Source of the DNA: Bacteroidota bacterium
GTDB taxonomy: Bacteria; Bacteroidota; Bacteroidia; Bacteroidales; UBA12077
Length of the DNA: 64,000 nt
Assembly: GCA_034189025.1 (NCBI GenBank)
Contig: JAXHVS010000002.1
Span: 11,191-75,190 of the forward strand
Direction of reading: 5' to 3'
The translations under genes were made by a program, and so were the position numbers. Below, one piece after another: positions 1-9,616 of this stretch (positions are counted from its first letter, which is position 1; the number at the start of each line of letters is the position of its first letter). The notes below the pieces were generated by a model, which made no database searches, had not been told where the DNA came from, and saw only the letters and a list, made by a program, of their open reading frames with translations.

Positions 1-512
1 TTAGCTTCGCCGTCATCGGTCCATTGTATGGTTCGTATAGAAACATCAGATTCAATGGATTTTAAAATATCCTCATTAAGTCCGTGGGCTCTTAGTTTCT
101 TATTTTTTAGCTCTTTTTCCATTGAGCTGGCAATATGCGATTTGACCGAGAAACTGGGTTTCTTTTTAGAATAAAGATGAACTGCACTGGGTTCGTAAGT
201 TATGCTTGGAAATATTTGTAGAACAGCATAATAGTCCGATTCCGGAAATTCTTTTTTTACTTCGTTAAACGATTTATCTGTAATGTATTCGAATTTAATA
301 TAATCGGCATCGGGAAGTTTATTAACGAAAATACCTGAGCTGTCAATTACCGCAATGTTTTTCATCTCTGTATCTTCAATTGAAGCAATCCAGGCGGGGC
401 CAATAAAGAGAGCAGCAAAAAGAATAGGCCCTAGAATGGTTAAAATGATAAATGATTTTTTCTTAACACGGGTTAAGTATTCTCTCGATATAATCAGGTT
501 TATTTTATTCAT
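1..512 (-). CDS. ABC-2 type transporter permease (NatB/YhaP-like), N-terminal ~170 codons; 3' end lies beyond the left window edge
   Basis: Not in ORF track (no stop in window). My translation of the minus strand from ATG (plus-strand CAT at 510-512) gives MNKINLIISREYLTRVKKKSFIILTILGPILFAALFIGPAWIASIEDTEMKNIAVIDSSG... This is a basic N-terminus, one TM helix, then a long soluble loop, open to base 1. It starts 27 nt after the ATPase stop. Confidence 0.7.
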   Translation of the reverse strand, partial: MNKINLIISREYLTRVKKKSFIILTILGPILFAALFIGPAWIASIEDTEMKNIAVIDSSGIFVNKLPDADYIKFEYITDKSFNEVKKEFPESDYYAVLQIFPSITYEPSAVHLYSKKKPSFSVKSHIASSMEKELKNKKLRAHGLNEDILKSIESDVSIRTIQWTDDGEA

Positions 513-539
513 GATGGTTAATATTTAAGGCAATTATTT

Positions 540-1454
540 TTAGTTTTTATTTACAGCTTTTATAAATACATCATTCATGCTAGGAATAATCTCATTAAAA
601 GAGATGATTTCCACAGCAGGGATAATTAACGAAAGCAATTCGTTTTCATTGGTTTGGTGTAATAGTTTTATGCGAACACCATTATATCCATTAATTTTCT
701 TTTGTTCCAGAATTTGATAATGCTCGTTAATCGCTGATTCTAACTTCTGATATTCTCCGTTAAATGTTATTTCGTAGATGTTGGATTTGTACTCATGACG
801 AATTTTGTCAATAGGGCCTTCTAATAAATTTTTAGCATTATTAATAAGCGTTATATGATCGCATAACTCTTCGACAGAGCCCATATTATGGGTTGAGAAA
901 ATAATGGTTGATCCTTTCTTTTTTAATTCTAAAATTTCCTGTTTTAGCAGATTGGCGTTAATGGGGTCGAATCCACTAAATGGTTCGTCGAATATTAAAA
1001 GTTTGGGTTCATGTAAAATAGTAATAATAAATTGCACTTTTTGTTGCATGCCTTTCGAAAGTTCTTCTACTTTTTTATCCCACCATGCCTGGATTTCAAA
1101 TTTATCAAACCAATATTTTAGTTTTTTTAGTGCATCTCTTTTCGAAAGGCCTTTTAGACGAGCTAAATATAGTGCCTGTTCGCCCACTTTCATTTTTTTG
1201 TATAATCCACGCTCTTCCGGTAGGTATCCAATATCGTGGATATCTTCAGGCTTCATTTCTCGCCCATTTAAAAATATTTGGCCTTTATCAGGCGCTGTTA
1301 TTCGGTTAATAATTCTAATTAAGGTTGTTTTTCCTGCTCCATTGGGCCCCAGCAATCCGTAAATACTATTTTCCGGTACATTCATATTAACATTATCAAG
1401 GGCCAAATGGTTGACGAACCGTTTTTCAATTTCTTGTATTTTTAGTAGCTCCAT
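540..1454 (-). CDS. ABC transporter ATP-binding protein (NatA / ABC-2 subfamily)
   Basis: Walker A GPNGAGKTT, signature LSKGMQQK, Walker B LLIFDEP, H-loop STHNM; 304 aa with extra C-terminal domain typical of ABC-2 ATPases. Confidence 0.9.
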   Translation of the reverse strand: MELLKIQEIEKRFVNHLALDNVNMNVPENSIYGLLGPNGAGKTTLIRIINRITAPDKGQIFLNGREMKPEDIHDIGYLPEERGLYKKMKVGEQALYLARLKGLSKRDALKKLKYWFDKFEIQAWWDKKVEELSKGMQQKVQFIITILHEPKLLIFDEPFSGFDPINANLLKQEILELKKKGSTIIFSTHNMGSVEELCDHITLINNAKNLLEGPIDKIRHEYKSNIYEITFNGEYQKLESAINEHYQILEQKKINGYNGVRIKLLHQTNENELLSLIIPAVEIISFNEIIPSMNDVFIKAVNKN

Positions 1455-1515
1455 CGATTTTATGTGTTATAATTTTATGGTTTATATATTTAATTACGTT
1501 TTTAATTGTTAATTC

Positions 1516-2091
1516 TTAATTAATTGATTCGATTTTTTTATTGTCAGCAATTGAATTAATAGTAAAATGTATTGTTTCGGTTAAGGTTTTTTTATATGAT
1601 GCGGCAAGTGCTTGCTTTGCCGATTGGAATGACTGTCTGTCGGGTTTTGTGCTAGTAAATGTAATTTGTTGATTCATTTCTTGAACATCATCTTTTCGAT
1701 AGTCGAAGATTTTAAGGCCAAATGTAGTTTTTCCAATCCATTTATTTGATTTTTTGCCTACAAAATAATCAATCACATCAATGATTACTAAAACCTGATA
1801 TTTTTCAGCAGTATTAATATCACGAATATTTTCCATAAAGGATATTTTAGTTTTTGGAAAACTTTTTTGAAATTGATTTTTGATGGTTGAGAAAATTTCT
1901 TTTTGATATAAATTCCCTGAAGCCCTACGATCTCTTAAAAAAATATTTAATAAAAGATCTTGATGATGATTATTAATGATATTGATATTAACATTTTCCG
2001 GCTCAAAAACATGCGCTTCGATATTTTGAGAGAAAATCATAGTATTTGATAGCAGAACCAATAGAGCAATGTAAAAAAATTTCTTAACCAT
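1516..2091 (-). CDS. hypothetical secreted protein (191 aa)
   Basis: N-terminal signal-like segment MVKKFFYIALLVLLSNTMIFSQN; no motif I recognise; first gene of the co-directional string with the ABC ATPase and permease. Confidence 0.55.
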   Translation of the reverse strand: MVKKFFYIALLVLLSNTMIFSQNIEAHVFEPENVNINIINNHHQDLLLNIFLRDRRASGNLYQKEIFSTIKNQFQKSFPKTKISFMENIRDINTAEKYQVLVIIDVIDYFVGKKSNKWIGKTTFGLKIFDYRKDDVQEMNQQITFTSTKPDRQSFQSAKQALAASYKKTLTETIHFTINSIADNKKIESIN

Positions 2092-2218
2092 AATACAGTT
2101 ATTTTTTAAATTGGCACTAAATTATAAAATTTTATAAAAGAACATTTACTGTATTAGAATTATTTAAGTATTTTATTCTTCAATTATTTTATCTTTGTTT
2201 AAAATAGATAGATAGTAA

Positions 2219-3172
2219 ATGTTTAGACTTGTAGCCCTTATTATATCAATTATACTTCAATTGATAGCTGTTATTATTGCTTTGCGTCTTACCAAAGTAA
2301 CGAAGTACAAAATATCGTGGATATTAATATCTGTAGGTTTTGTATTTATGGCTGTGAGGCGCTTTATTGACCTTTTTCAGTTCATAAATCAACCAGCTAG
2401 CGAAGACCTGAATTTATTAAACGATTGGATTGCTGTAATTATTTCAATTTTAATAGCTGTTGGTGTGATTATCATTCCCGAAATATTTAATTATTTACGA
2501 AAAGCTGAATTTGATCGTAAAAATGAGGAAAAAAAGGTTTTAAATGCAATTATGATGACCGAAGAAAAAGAGCGAAAAAGATTTGCAAAGGATTTGCATG
2601 ATGGATTAGGGCCTTTGTTATCAACCGTAAAAATTTCAATTTCTGCATTATTAAAATCAGAAAAAGACCCCCAAAATATTAAGATTATAAAAAATACCGA
2701 TAACATTATTAATGAGGCCATAAAAAGCATTAAAGATATTTCGAATAATTTAAGTCCTCATGTGTTGAACAATTTTGGCTTAGCCAAAGCCATAAAAAAT
2801 TTTACCGATAATATTAATAAATTAAATAAGGTTTCTATTCATTTTCATTCAAATATGTTTGATCAGCGAATCAACCCAAATGCTGAAATTATTTTATATC
2901 GTATTGTTTGCGAATTAATCCATAATTCTATTCAGCATGCTGAGGCTGATTGTATTGAAATTAGCCTCACCCAAAAAAATGATGTCATTGATTTGTTTTA
3001 TGATGACGATGGCAAAGGTTTTGATTTTACTTATGATTCCATTCGTCAAAATAAAGGTTCAGGATTACAAAATATGATTTCACGGCTTGAATCAATTCAT
3101 GGCTATTATGAAATTGAAAGTAGTAGCAGAAAAGGCTTTCATGCTTTTATAAGTGTTAATATTAAACAATAG
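2219..3172 (+). CDS. sensor histidine kinase, HisKA_3 (NarL-partner) type, membrane-embedded sensor region
   Basis: H-box DLHDGLGPLLS, N-box HNSIQHA, G1 DDDGKGF, G2 GSGLQNM. The first ~95 aa are hydrophobic helices with almost no external loop. Confidence 0.85.
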   Translation: MFRLVALIISIILQLIAVIIALRLTKVTKYKISWILISVGFVFMAVRRFIDLFQFINQPASEDLNLLNDWIAVIISILIAVGVIIIPEIFNYLRKAEFDRKNEEKKVLNAIMMTEEKERKRFAKDLHDGLGPLLSTVKISISALLKSEKDPQNIKIIKNTDNIINEAIKSIKDISNNLSPHVLNNFGLAKAIKNFTDNINKLNKVSIHFHSNMFDQRINPNAEIILYRIVCELIHNSIQHAEADCIEISLTQKNDVIDLFYDDDGKGFDFTYDSIRQNKGSGLQNMISRLESIHGYYEIESSSRKGFHAFISVNIKQ

Positions 3173-3174
3173 AA

Positions 3175-3819
3175 ATGGGAAAAATAAAGCTAGTAATTGT
3201 TGACGATCATACGTTATTTAGAGATGGATTAAAATTAATTTTAAGTAACTCAACTGATATTGAGGTGGTAGGTGAAGCAGCTAATGGGAAAGAATTTATC
3301 GATAAATTCGCAAAGTTAACTGATGTTATCGTACTAATGGATATTGAAATGCCTGTAATGAATGGAATTGAAGCAACCCGCATAGCTATTGAACATAATC
3401 CGGATAGTAAAATTATAGCCTTAACTATGTTTGAGGAGTATGAATATTACTATCAAATGATTGAAGCTGGCGCTAAAGGATTTCTTTTAAAAAATTCTGA
3501 AATTGATCAGGTACTTCAAGCAGTTAAAGAAGTATCTAGAGGCGAAAGTTTTTTTTCTAATGAATTATTATTGGCCATTGTTCAAAATATGAGTGAACTA
3601 AAAACCTCCCAAAGTAAAACAGATAATTTATCCGAGAGGGAAATCGAAGTATTACATTTAATATGTAAAGGTTATTCCAATCAAGAGATTGCCGAAAAGC
3701 TGTTTTTAAGTAAAAGAACCATTGATAAACATAGGGCAAATATTTTAGAAAAAACAGGTTCAAAAAATACCGCCAGCATGGTAATGTATGCAATCAAAAA
3801 TAAGATTATCCAGATTTAA
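3175..3819 (+). CDS. response regulator, REC + LuxR/NarL-type HTH
   Basis: REC with DD..(VLMDIEMPVMNG) phospho-acceptor context. C-terminal LSEREIEVLHLICKGYSNQEIAEKLFLSKRTIDKHRANILEK is a LuxR-type HTH. Starts 3 nt after the kinase stop. Confidence 0.9.
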   Translation: MGKIKLVIVDDHTLFRDGLKLILSNSTDIEVVGEAANGKEFIDKFAKLTDVIVLMDIEMPVMNGIEATRIAIEHNPDSKIIALTMFEEYEYYYQMIEAGAKGFLLKNSEIDQVLQAVKEVSRGESFFSNELLLAIVQNMSELKTSQSKTDNLSEREIEVLHLICKGYSNQEIAEKLFLSKRTIDKHRANILEKTGSKNTASMVMYAIKNKIIQI

Positions 3820-3942
3820 GATCATTGTTTGTTTAAAGATTAATGAATAACAAATAATTATTTATAAAAATTTGATAAACAACCCCAAAACGTTTCTTTT
3901 TATATCTTATTTTTATTTATTTTTATCTGCACTATTTTCTTT

Positions 3943-5844
3943 ATGATAATGAATAAGTTTATTTTAAGTAGTTTTTTTATTTTTTCATTTTTTTTATGCT
4001 TTGGCAATATCAATACAGAGGTTGATAGTTTATATAAGTTACTTGCTACTTCGCACGATTCATTGAAAGCAGAAATATTAACTGATTTAAGCTGGGAGCT
4101 TCGCAACTCCGACCCTGAAAAATCAATCGAATATGGCTTAGAAGCCATTAAGTTAGCTTCAAAATATAACGATTACGAAAACTATATTAAAGCACATAGT
4201 TTTGTAGGAGTAGCATACAGAATATTAGGAAAATATTCCGAAGCACTTGACTACTATTTTAAAGGATTAGAATTATCGAAGCAATATAATGACAAAGAGC
4301 AGGAAGGTTACTCTTATATTAATATTGGTAATTTATATATCTATCAGGAATATTATAACATTGCTATTGAAAATTTATTAAAAGCAAGAGAAATTGCCGA
4401 AGCGATTAATCATAAGCGCATGTTGGCTTATACCTATTTAAATTTAGGTAGGACAAAAATGTTGAAAAAAGAATATAATGAAGCCCTTGATTATTTAGAA
4501 AAGGCCCTTGATTTAAGAATTGATTTAAATAATATTCCTGCCCAGGCGGTTTGTTATAAATATATTGGGGATGTGTATTTTGAACTAAATCAGTATGAAC
4601 TGGCTCATAAAAACTATAACAAAACCATCGAAACAGTTGATAAAGATTCAGATATTGATTTATTAGCCAATGCTTATGTAAAAAAATCATTTTTGTATTG
4701 CCAGCATGGAGATTATGATATGGCAAAAGATTTTGCCGAGAAAAGTTTAATGCTTGCAAACGAAATAGGTTCTCGTTTACTTATTAGAGATGCTTTTAAA
4801 GTATTATCAAGAGTAAACTATCAGTTAGGAAGCTATAAAAAAGCATCCGACTATAATAATCGGATTATTAACCTTAATGATACGCTTTTTAATCAGGAGT
4901 TATCTGAAAAAATATTTGATCTGGAATATCGGCTCGAAAAGCAAAAAAAACAGGCCGAGATTGATTTACTTAATAAAGATAAAACAATTAAAGACCTGGA
5001 ACTTCATCGTACCCGATTGTTTAATATTGCCTTATTAGTGATTTTAGCTTTATTGGTTGGCACCTTTATTTATGTGTTGTATACTTTAAAACATCGAAGA
5101 CAACAAAATTTATTATTAGAAAAACAAAAAGAAGAGTTATCGAAAATTAATGCAACCAAAGATAAAATGTTCCTGATTATTGGACATGATTTACGTGGCC
5201 CTATTGGGAATCTCCGTTCTCTTATTGAAATGTTGCTTGATGATGAAGAAATTGTTAATAATAATAATCTTAAAGATGTTTTTAATGTGTTTTTTAAATC
5301 CATCCAATCGGTAAGTGATTTATTGGAAAATTTATTTCTTTGGGCTAAAAGTCAACGTGGAGAGATTAATTATAATCCTGAAAAAGTACGATTAAATACG
5401 GTTATCCATAAAAATTTGCAACTATTTAAAACCATAGCCGATCATAAAAATATTTTATTAAAGGCTGAGTTAGAATCAGATTATGATGTATATGTGGATG
5501 TTAATATGATTATGAGCGTTATACGGAATATTATTTCCAATGCATTAAAATTTACCTCTACAGGAGGAAAAATTTTCGTGCGGATTTATAACGAAAAGAA
5601 ATATTACAAGGTAGCCGTTATCGATACAGGTTTAGGTTTTGATAATACTACAGGCAAACAAATTTTTAATTCTAAAAATTTTTATACAACATACGGAACG
5701 AATAACGAAAACGGCTCTGGATTAGGCCTTATTTTATGTAAAGAGTTTGTTGAAATAAATGGAGGGGAAATATGGGCAGAGAGTGTGCCTGATAAAGGAA
5801 CGGTGTTTTATTTTACTCTTCCTGTTGCTTCTGAAAATAAATAA
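3943..5844 (+). CDS. TPR-repeat sensor histidine kinase (HisKA + HATPase_c)
   Basis: N-terminal signal/TM, ~330 aa of TPR-like repeats (A..Y..G..Y periodicity), coiled coil, TM LFNIALLVILALLVGTFIYVLYTL. H-box IGHDLRGPIGN, N-box SNALKFT, G1 DTGLGF, G2 GSGLGLILC. Confidence 0.85.
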   Translation: MIMNKFILSSFFIFSFFLCFGNINTEVDSLYKLLATSHDSLKAEILTDLSWELRNSDPEKSIEYGLEAIKLASKYNDYENYIKAHSFVGVAYRILGKYSEALDYYFKGLELSKQYNDKEQEGYSYINIGNLYIYQEYYNIAIENLLKAREIAEAINHKRMLAYTYLNLGRTKMLKKEYNEALDYLEKALDLRIDLNNIPAQAVCYKYIGDVYFELNQYELAHKNYNKTIETVDKDSDIDLLANAYVKKSFLYCQHGDYDMAKDFAEKSLMLANEIGSRLLIRDAFKVLSRVNYQLGSYKKASDYNNRIINLNDTLFNQELSEKIFDLEYRLEKQKKQAEIDLLNKDKTIKDLELHRTRLFNIALLVILALLVGTFIYVLYTLKHRRQQNLLLEKQKEELSKINATKDKMFLIIGHDLRGPIGNLRSLIEMLLDDEEIVNNNNLKDVFNVFFKSIQSVSDLLENLFLWAKSQRGEINYNPEKVRLNTVIHKNLQLFKTIADHKNILLKAELESDYDVYVDVNMIMSVIRNIISNALKFTSTGGKIFVRIYNEKKYYKVAVIDTGLGFDNTTGKQIFNSKNFYTTYGTNNENGSGLGLILCKEFVEINGGEIWAESVPDKGTVFYFTLPVASENK

Positions 5845-5944
5845 TTGTTTCGTTGTTTTATAAGTATTTATACTTATCCATAATTCGTATTTTACGCTAT
5901 TCAATTTAAGTTTTTGTGCTGTTTTCGATTATAATTATCGATTC

Positions 5945-5952
5945 TACATTTG
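5945..5952 (+). promoter_or_regulatory. candidate Bacteroidota -7 box (TACATTTG) for pstS
   Basis: Matches TAnnTTTG, 30 nt upstream of the ATG at 5982. Two TCGATT direct repeats (5925-5930, 5938-5943) sit where a -33 element would be. Confidence 0.3.
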
Positions 5953-5981
5953 CTCTATCTAATCTTAAAACTTCTACCATT

Positions 5982-6974
5982 ATGAGAAACACAAAAACTT
6001 TAATGCTTGTAATAATTAGTATTTTAATCGGTACTTTTCTTTCTTGTAAAAACAACCGTAATAAGGCTGAACAAAAAAATGTAACAAATAAAGAACAAAC
6101 ACTTTCAGGAACGATTACTATTTCAGGTGCTTTTGCCCTTTATCCAATTACTGCACGTTGGGCAGAGGAATTTCAGAAAATTCATCCCGATGTACGGATT
6201 GATATTTCTGCCGGAGGAGCTGGAAAAGGAATGACGGATGCCTTATCCGGGATGGTTGATTTGGGAATGTTCTCACGAAGTATTACTGAGGTAGAAAAAG
6301 CAAAAGGGGTATGGTGGATTGCTGTTACCCAGGATGCTGTTCTTCCTACTATGAATGCTCAATTACCTTTCGCAGATAATATTCATAAACAAGGATTTAC
6401 CCGGCAAGATTTTGAAGATATTTTTATTCACAACAAGATACGTAACTGGAGTAAATGGGCTAATGGTATCGATGGAAAAGATTTGTTGATGAATGTTTAT
6501 ACCAGATCAGATGCCTGTGGGGCAGCTCAAATGTGGGCTGAATATTTTGGAAAAAATCAGGAAGACCTTATTGGAACAGGTATTTATGGAGACCCTGGAA
6601 TGGCTGATGCTGTTAAAAATGATGTTCAAGGAATTGGATATAATAATGTAATTTATATTTATGATATTAATACCCGGAAAAAACACTCCGGCCTGGAAGT
6701 CATACCCATTGACCTGAATGAGAATGGCAAAATAGACCCTGAAGAAAAATTTTATAACAAATTAGATGATATAAATATTGCAATACAAACAGGAAAATAC
6801 CCATCTCCTCCTGCACGCGATTTATATTTTGTATCAAAAGGAGAGCCCACAAGAAAAGTTGTTAAAGAATTTCTTCGATGGATAGTTACCGACGGACAGG
6901 AATATGTTCAGGAAGCTGGATATGTAAAATTATCTGATATGAAATTAAAAAAGGGATTCGAAAGCCTTAATTAA
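5982..6974 (+). CDS. pstS: phosphate ABC transporter substrate-binding lipoprotein PstS
   Basis: ATG at 5982 gives MRNTKTLMLVIISILIGTFLSCKNN (lipoprotein signal with Cys). PBP-like fold motifs SGAFALYPI, ISAGGAGKG. It is followed by pstCAB. The track ORF begins at a GTG (5916) upstream of the candidate promoter. Confidence 0.85.
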   Translation: MRNTKTLMLVIISILIGTFLSCKNNRNKAEQKNVTNKEQTLSGTITISGAFALYPITARWAEEFQKIHPDVRIDISAGGAGKGMTDALSGMVDLGMFSRSITEVEKAKGVWWIAVTQDAVLPTMNAQLPFADNIHKQGFTRQDFEDIFIHNKIRNWSKWANGIDGKDLLMNVYTRSDACGAAQMWAEYFGKNQEDLIGTGIYGDPGMADAVKNDVQGIGYNNVIYIYDINTRKKHSGLEVIPIDLNENGKIDPEEKFYNKLDDINIAIQTGKYPSPPARDLYFVSKGEPTRKVVKEFLRWIVTDGQEYVQEAGYVKLSDMKLKKGFESLN

Positions 6975-6980
6975 TAATAA

Positions 6981-7907
6981 ATGAATTTTAGAATAATGCC
7001 TATAAAATCTATTCGTTTCTTTAAAGTTGGACGAATCCTAAAAGATAAACTTCATTCTTCGTGGATGTTTATTTCATTTGTTATTGTTTTATTGTTGCCT
7101 TTTCTTTTAGGAATTGGATTATTTTTTAAGTCCAATTTAATAATTAAAGAAGAATCACTGCTACAATTACTTTTTTCAAGCCAATGGCACCCAATGAAAG
7201 GAGAATTTGGTTTTCTTCCTTTTATTATAAGTTCACTTTGGGTTACTGTTTTATCTATTCTAATTTGTGGGCCTATCTGCTTGCTTTCTGCAATTCATTT
7301 AACCCATTATGCTCAAAGATGGATGCTAAAAATTATGCACCCTGTTATTGATATTTTGGCAGGAATCCCTTCGGTGATTTATGGTGTGTGGGGGATTATT
7401 TTAGTTGTTCCTTTAATTTCTAAGATAGGTGCATCATTAGGACATCCCAATTCGGGGTATACTGTTTTAACCGGATCGATTGTTCTATCTATCATGATTA
7501 TTCCTTTTATTCTAAATATTCTAATTGAAGTGATTAATACAGTTCCTCAAGAACTTAAAGAGGCGTCTTTATCATTAGGTGCTACAAAATGGGAAACCAT
7601 TAAAAAAGTTATCCTTAAAAAAGCTTTTCCGGGAATTGTTTCTGCTTTTGGATTAGGTGTCTCCAGAGCTTTTGGTGAAACTATTGCTGTTTTAATGGTT
7701 GTGGGGAATGTGGTAAAAATACCCAAAGGGGTTTTTCAACCTGGATATCCTTTACCATCTCTTATTGCCAACAACTATGGAGAAATGTTATCAATTCCTA
7801 TGTACGACTCTGCCTTAATGTTTGCTGCTTTAATATTATTTGTTGTGGTTACAGTTTTCAATATTGGATCAAGGTATTTAATAATATATTCAGAAAAAAG
7901 AATTTAA
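6981..7907 (+). CDS. pstC: phosphate ABC transporter permease PstC
   Basis: Multi-TM protein with EAA-type loop EASLSLGATKWETIKKV; position between pstS and pstA. Confidence 0.85.
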   Translation: MNFRIMPIKSIRFFKVGRILKDKLHSSWMFISFVIVLLLPFLLGIGLFFKSNLIIKEESLLQLLFSSQWHPMKGEFGFLPFIISSLWVTVLSILICGPICLLSAIHLTHYAQRWMLKIMHPVIDILAGIPSVIYGVWGIILVVPLISKIGASLGHPNSGYTVLTGSIVLSIMIIPFILNILIEVINTVPQELKEASLSLGATKWETIKKVILKKAFPGIVSAFGLGVSRAFGETIAVLMVVGNVVKIPKGVFQPGYPLPSLIANNYGEMLSIPMYDSALMFAALILFVVVTVFNIGSRYLIIYSEKRI

Positions 7908-8768
7908 ATGAACAGAAAAGTGTTGCAAAAAACAGAAGAAGTATTTAATCGTTTTCTTATGATATTTTCTACTTCAATTATAGCTTCTGCCTTATTATTA
8001 ATAATTGTAAGTATATTGTATAAAGGATTGCCTTCATTAAGTTGGGAAATGATAACTCAAACTCCAAAAGGGGGTTTTTATTTTGGAAAAGAAGGAGGTA
8101 TTTTAAATGCAATTGTTGGATCATTATACCTTGCTACGGGATCAACCATTCTGGGGCTCATTATTAGTCTGCCTTTAGCTTTGTATATCAATATTCATAA
8201 AGCAAAAAATAGTAAACTGGTAAATTTTATTCGTTTTTTGCTTGATTTATTATGGGGTGTCCCATCTATTGTTTATGGAGCATTTGGTTTTACTGTAATG
8301 ATCTATTTTGGAATGCGTACTTCATTATTAGCCGGAATAATTACAGTAACCTTATTTATTATTCCCATTATGGTGAGGTCGATGGATGAAGTAATGAAAA
8401 CAGTGCCTAAAGGATTGCTTGAGTCGGCCTTATCCCTTGGCTCTACACACTCCGAAACCGCTTATAAGGTAGTATGCCGGCAAAGTATACCAGGTATAGT
8501 GACCGCTGTACTACTCGCTTTTGGGCGTGCTATTGGAGATGCAGCTGCCGTTTTATTCACTGCAGGTTATACCGATTATATCCCTAATGCATTAAATCAA
8601 CCCGCAGCAACATTACCCTTATCCATTTTTTTTCAGCTAAGTTCTCCAATCCCAGAAGTTCAAAACAGAGCATATGCTTCAGCTGTAGTTCTTACAATAA
8701 TAATATTGATCATTAGCGTTTCTTCCAGAATTGTTTCGAATAAGTTTAAACAGAAAAAGATTAAATAA
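7908..8768 (+). CDS. pstA: phosphate ABC transporter permease PstA
   Basis: Multi-TM protein with EAA-type loop ESALSLGSTHSETAYKV; starts at the base after the pstC stop. Confidence 0.85.
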   Translation: MNRKVLQKTEEVFNRFLMIFSTSIIASALLLIIVSILYKGLPSLSWEMITQTPKGGFYFGKEGGILNAIVGSLYLATGSTILGLIISLPLALYINIHKAKNSKLVNFIRFLLDLLWGVPSIVYGAFGFTVMIYFGMRTSLLAGIITVTLFIIPIMVRSMDEVMKTVPKGLLESALSLGSTHSETAYKVVCRQSIPGIVTAVLLAFGRAIGDAAAVLFTAGYTDYIPNALNQPAATLPLSIFFQLSSPIPEVQNRAYASAVVLTIIILIISVSSRIVSNKFKQKKIK

Positions 8769-8780
8769 AATTTTAACATC

Positions 8781-9542
8781 ATGATAAATGGAGCCAAAAT
8801 AAAAGTCGATCACTTAAATCTTTACATAGGGAAAGAGCATATCTTAAAAGATATAAATCTTGTTATTCCAGAAAATCAATTAACGGTAATACTTGGCCCT
8901 TCGGGATGCGGAAAAACTACGTTGTTAAAAAGCCTTAACAGGCTTACCGACTTAAATCCTGATGTGAAAATAACAGGCCATATCTTTAATGGGAATGAGG
9001 ATATCTTACATCCTAAAACAGAGATAACTCAATTACGGAAAAAAATGGGTTTACTGTCCCAAAGTCCTTATCCTTTGCCCATGAGTATTTATGACAATAT
9101 AACCTACGGATTGAAAATAAGCGGACGACGTAAAAAGAAATTTTTGATTAGACGGGTGGAAAATTATTTACGACAGGTTAGCTTGTGGGAGGAGGTAAAA
9201 GACCGGTTAAAAGATCCTGCCTCGGCATTATCTATTGGGCAACAACAAAGGTTGTGCTTGGCCAGGGGGTTGGCTGTTGACCCTGAAATTATTCTTGCCG
9301 ACGAGCCCACCTCGGCGCTAGATCCTGTTTCAAGTAAGGATATTGAAGAGATGTTCTTGAAACTCAAACAACGATATACCATTGTTGTTGTTACCCATAT
9401 TCTTCGGCAAGCCAGGCGAATAGCCGATTATGTTATTTTTATGTATTTGGGTGAAGTCATAGAACACGGCCCGGCAAAACAGATTTTTGAACACCCACAA
9501 CATGAGATGACTAAAGCATACCTTAAAGGGGCATATAATTAA
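8781..9542 (+). CDS. pstB: phosphate ABC transporter ATP-binding protein PstB
   Basis: Walker A GPSGCGKTT, signature LSIGQQQRL, Walker B ILADEPTSALD, PstB-typical C-terminus ...TKAYLKG. Confidence 0.92.
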   Translation: MINGAKIKVDHLNLYIGKEHILKDINLVIPENQLTVILGPSGCGKTTLLKSLNRLTDLNPDVKITGHIFNGNEDILHPKTEITQLRKKMGLLSQSPYPLPMSIYDNITYGLKISGRRKKKFLIRRVENYLRQVSLWEEVKDRLKDPASALSIGQQQRLCLARGLAVDPEIILADEPTSALDPVSSKDIEEMFLKLKQRYTIVVVTHILRQARRIADYVIFMYLGEVIEHGPAKQIFEHPQHEMTKAYLKGAYN

Positions 9543-9566
9543 AGCTGAGTATTTTTTAAAGAAAAA

Positions 9567-9588
9567 GGCTGTCCAAATTTGGACAGCC
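9567..9588. terminator. bidirectional stem-loop between convergent pstB and CMD-family gene
   Basis: GGCTGTCCAAA/TTTGGACAGCC perfect palindromic hairpin, preceded by an A-run; its lower stem includes A/T pairs. Confidence 0.6.
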
Positions 9589-9616
9589 TCCATAAATTTT
9601 ACTCATCGAATATTTT

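Noticed and set aside
904-1362. 152-aa and 74-aa plus-strand ORFs opposite the ABC ATPase
   Set aside because: They overlap a CDS with complete Walker/signature motifs on the other strand and have no motifs of their own.
5916-5981. GTG-initiated 22-codon N-terminal extension of pstS in the ORF track
   Set aside because: The extension (MLFSIIIIDSTFALSNLKTSTI) precedes a textbook lipoprotein signal starting at the ATG at 5982 and would begin upstream of the candidate -7 box.
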